Assembly: GCA_965243025.1 (NCBI GenBank)
Contig: CBDETY010000003.1
Coordinates: 5,376,001-5,440,000 of the forward strand
Reading direction: 5' to 3'
Source: Candidatus Latescibacterota bacterium
Lineage (GTDB): Bacteria > Latescibacterota > UBA2968 > UBA8231
DNA length: 64,000 bases
Positions within the stretch are counted from its first letter, which is position 1, and the number at the start of each line of letters is the position of its first letter. The translations under genes and the position numbers were made by a program. Below the pieces are notes generated by a model that saw nothing but the letters and a program-made list of their open reading frames with translations, made no database searches and had not been told where the DNA came from. Shown here piece by piece: positions 62,368-64,000 of the stretch.

Positions 62368-64000
62368 ATGTTACGGAAATATAACCCCGTCGCCTTATGG
62401 CTGTCGGCGGCACTGGTGCTGGCAGCGAACGCGGCCGCGGTGGCCGTGACCGAAGTGATCGTTGTCGGCGGCGAGGACGGCGCGGCCTGGGAGAGCGGCG
62501 GAGGCGATATACCCGCCACATTGATCCTCAGCGCCAAATCGGTCGAGCACACGAACGCCCCCGGCGGCGTCGTCGACTTCGACCCCCTCGACAGGCCCAA
62601 CTGGATCTTCCCACAGCAAGCGGACACGTCAGACAACATCCTGATAGGGTTTGATTCCGCTGCGCGCGGCGGCAATGTGTTCACGCCGATCCCCTCCTTC
62701 CGGCACCTCGAGAGCGGCTTCTCCAACCTGCACGACAACGACGGTGACACGGCGCTGGAGGTGACAGCCGAATCTTCGGGATCGAGCGCGGGGGCGTTCG
62801 GTCTGATCTTTCAATTCGACCTCGGCGCGATTTTTGGCGTCAACCGCATTCGTTTCTTCCCGCGCAACGCCGCTGAAGACTTTCCCTCGCGTCTGTTCCC
62901 CAATCAACGAAAATTCCTCAAGGGATTCGAGATGTTCGTCAACGACGGATCGCCCGAGTCCATTCGAGACGAATCCCTCATCTGGGAGACGATCGCGCTC
63001 GTGGGCCAGAACGAGGATGCGGTAGTCGATATTCGCATCCCCACCCGGATTGTCCGCCACATCAGGCTGAAGTCCCTGACGCAGACGAGCTTTGAAATCG
63101 CCGAGTTTCAGGTTTTCACCGAGGGGTTCGTGCCGCAGGCGCGCTACGTGTCGAACATTTTCGATTTCGGACAGCAGGCCATTCTCGGCAACCTCCGCTA
63201 CATCGTCGAACAGCAGGGCGACCCGCAGCGATCTGACGTTCAGATCCGCACTCGAGCCGGCATCGATCCCAATCCGGTGGAGTTCACGCGGATCGGGTTG
63301 CAGCCTTCAGGCAGAGTGATAAAGCGCGTTGATCGAGCGAGCCTCGAGCCGGTTCCGATCGACGCGCCGTGGAAGCCGGCGGGGGAAGTGGAAGACGGCG
63401 AGCTATCCGACCTGATCAGCAATGTCCTCGACGACCCGGACGGCGACGGCCGCGAATCGCTGCTGCTCTACAACAGCCTGTCCCTCGAGGATCGCGAGAA
63501 GATCACCCTCGACGAAGACAGCTACTTCGATCTCGACAAAGAGGAGCGCTCGATCATCCGCGACGACCTCACCAACTGGAGCCCGTGGTCGCCGCCGTAC
63601 CCACTCACGGCCGTCGTAGGCGACACCGCGCTCGGCGAATCGACTGCCGGGACCGCGATCTTCGCCTCCGGTCCGCGCCGCTATTTCCAGTTCATGGCCG
63701 AATTCTCCAGCGAGACCTTCGACGCCGGGTCCGGGGTCGGGGCGCTGGCGTTCGACGTCTCGCGCCCGGCATTCGCCGACTCTCTCATCGCCGAGATCTT
63801 TCCGCGCGCCAGCACCTCGGGAGCGGAGACCGATTTCACGTATGCCGTCCTCTACACGAGCAAGGGCGCCGATATCGGTTTCGACCGGCTCCAGATCACC
63901 ACGCCGATCAAGACGCGCGAGATCGGGCTGGTCCAGTTCATCGCCACCGACGGCTCGGTCCAGAGCGAGGCCGATTTTACCGGCGTATCTCTCGATCAGC
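62368..64000 (+). CDS. Large secreted protein of the same family (paralog 4); runs off window end
   Basis: MLRKYNPVALWLSAALVLAANAAA signal; FDLG..FGVNRIRFFPR, EIAEFQVF.EGF....Y.S.IFDFG, WSPWSPPY, PRRYFQF and GFDRLQITTP. Confidence 0.8.
   Translation, partial: MLRKYNPVALWLSAALVLAANAAAVAVTEVIVVGGEDGAAWESGGGDIPATLILSAKSVEHTNAPGGVVDFDPLDRPNWIFPQQADTSDNILIGFDSAARGGNVFTPIPSFRHLESGFSNLHDNDGDTALEVTAESSGSSAGAFGLIFQFDLGAIFGVNRIRFFPRNAAEDFPSRLFPNQRKFLKGFEMFVNDGSPESIRDESLIWETIALVGQNEDAVVDIRIPTRIVRHIRLKSLTQTSFEIAEFQVFTEGFVPQARYVSNIFDFGQQAILGNLRYIVEQQGDPQRSDVQIRTRAGIDPNPVEFTRIGLQPSGRVIKRVDRASLEPVPIDAPWKPAGEVEDGELSDLISNVLDDPDGDGRESLLLYNSLSLEDREKITLDEDSYFDLDKEERSIIRDDLTNWSPWSPPYPLTAVVGDTALGESTAGTAIFASGPRRYFQFMAEFSSETFDAGSGVGALAFDVSRPAFADSLIAEIFPRASTSGAETDFTYAVLYTSKGADIGFDRLQITTPIKTREIGLVQFIATDGSVQSEADFTGVSLDQ

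Overview
GC-rich bacterial chromosomal window. Gene content (alpha2-type GlyRS, many secreted proteins with FlgD-Ig/T9SS-like C-termini) suggests an FCB-group organism such as Latescibacterota; this taxonomy is inference. Positions 1-33 kb are mostly minus-strand housekeeping genes: prpC/prpB, purA, serA, engB, clpX/clpP/tig, tRNA-Leu, glyS, recO, ftsB, proB, hisF/hisH, proC, a histone-H1-like/SWIB gene, carA, a long UxaA-family dehydratase, aroC and a two-permease RND pump. Positions 34-44 kb hold a redox cluster around an ArsS-type radical SAM gene. Positions 44-64 kb are an accessory, partly decayed region with gene remnants, two identical inverted IS630 copies and a tandem family of large secreted FlgD-CTD proteins with TPR lipoproteins and a parvulin. 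The most notable observations are: (i) an A10 run in the H1-like/SWIB gene where both shifted frames stop almost immediately, one in a GTGA overlap with a possible SWIB start, preceded by a short leader ORF with a perfect extended Shine-Dalgarno; (ii) the ArsS-linked pair of flavoprotein/membrane-ferredoxin modules, one with a circularly permuted flavoprotein; (iii) a small MITE family with IS630-like ends sitting on TAG stop codons; (iv) the repeated TPR-lipoprotein/secreted-protein module. All calls come from reading motifs by eye; no searches were run.
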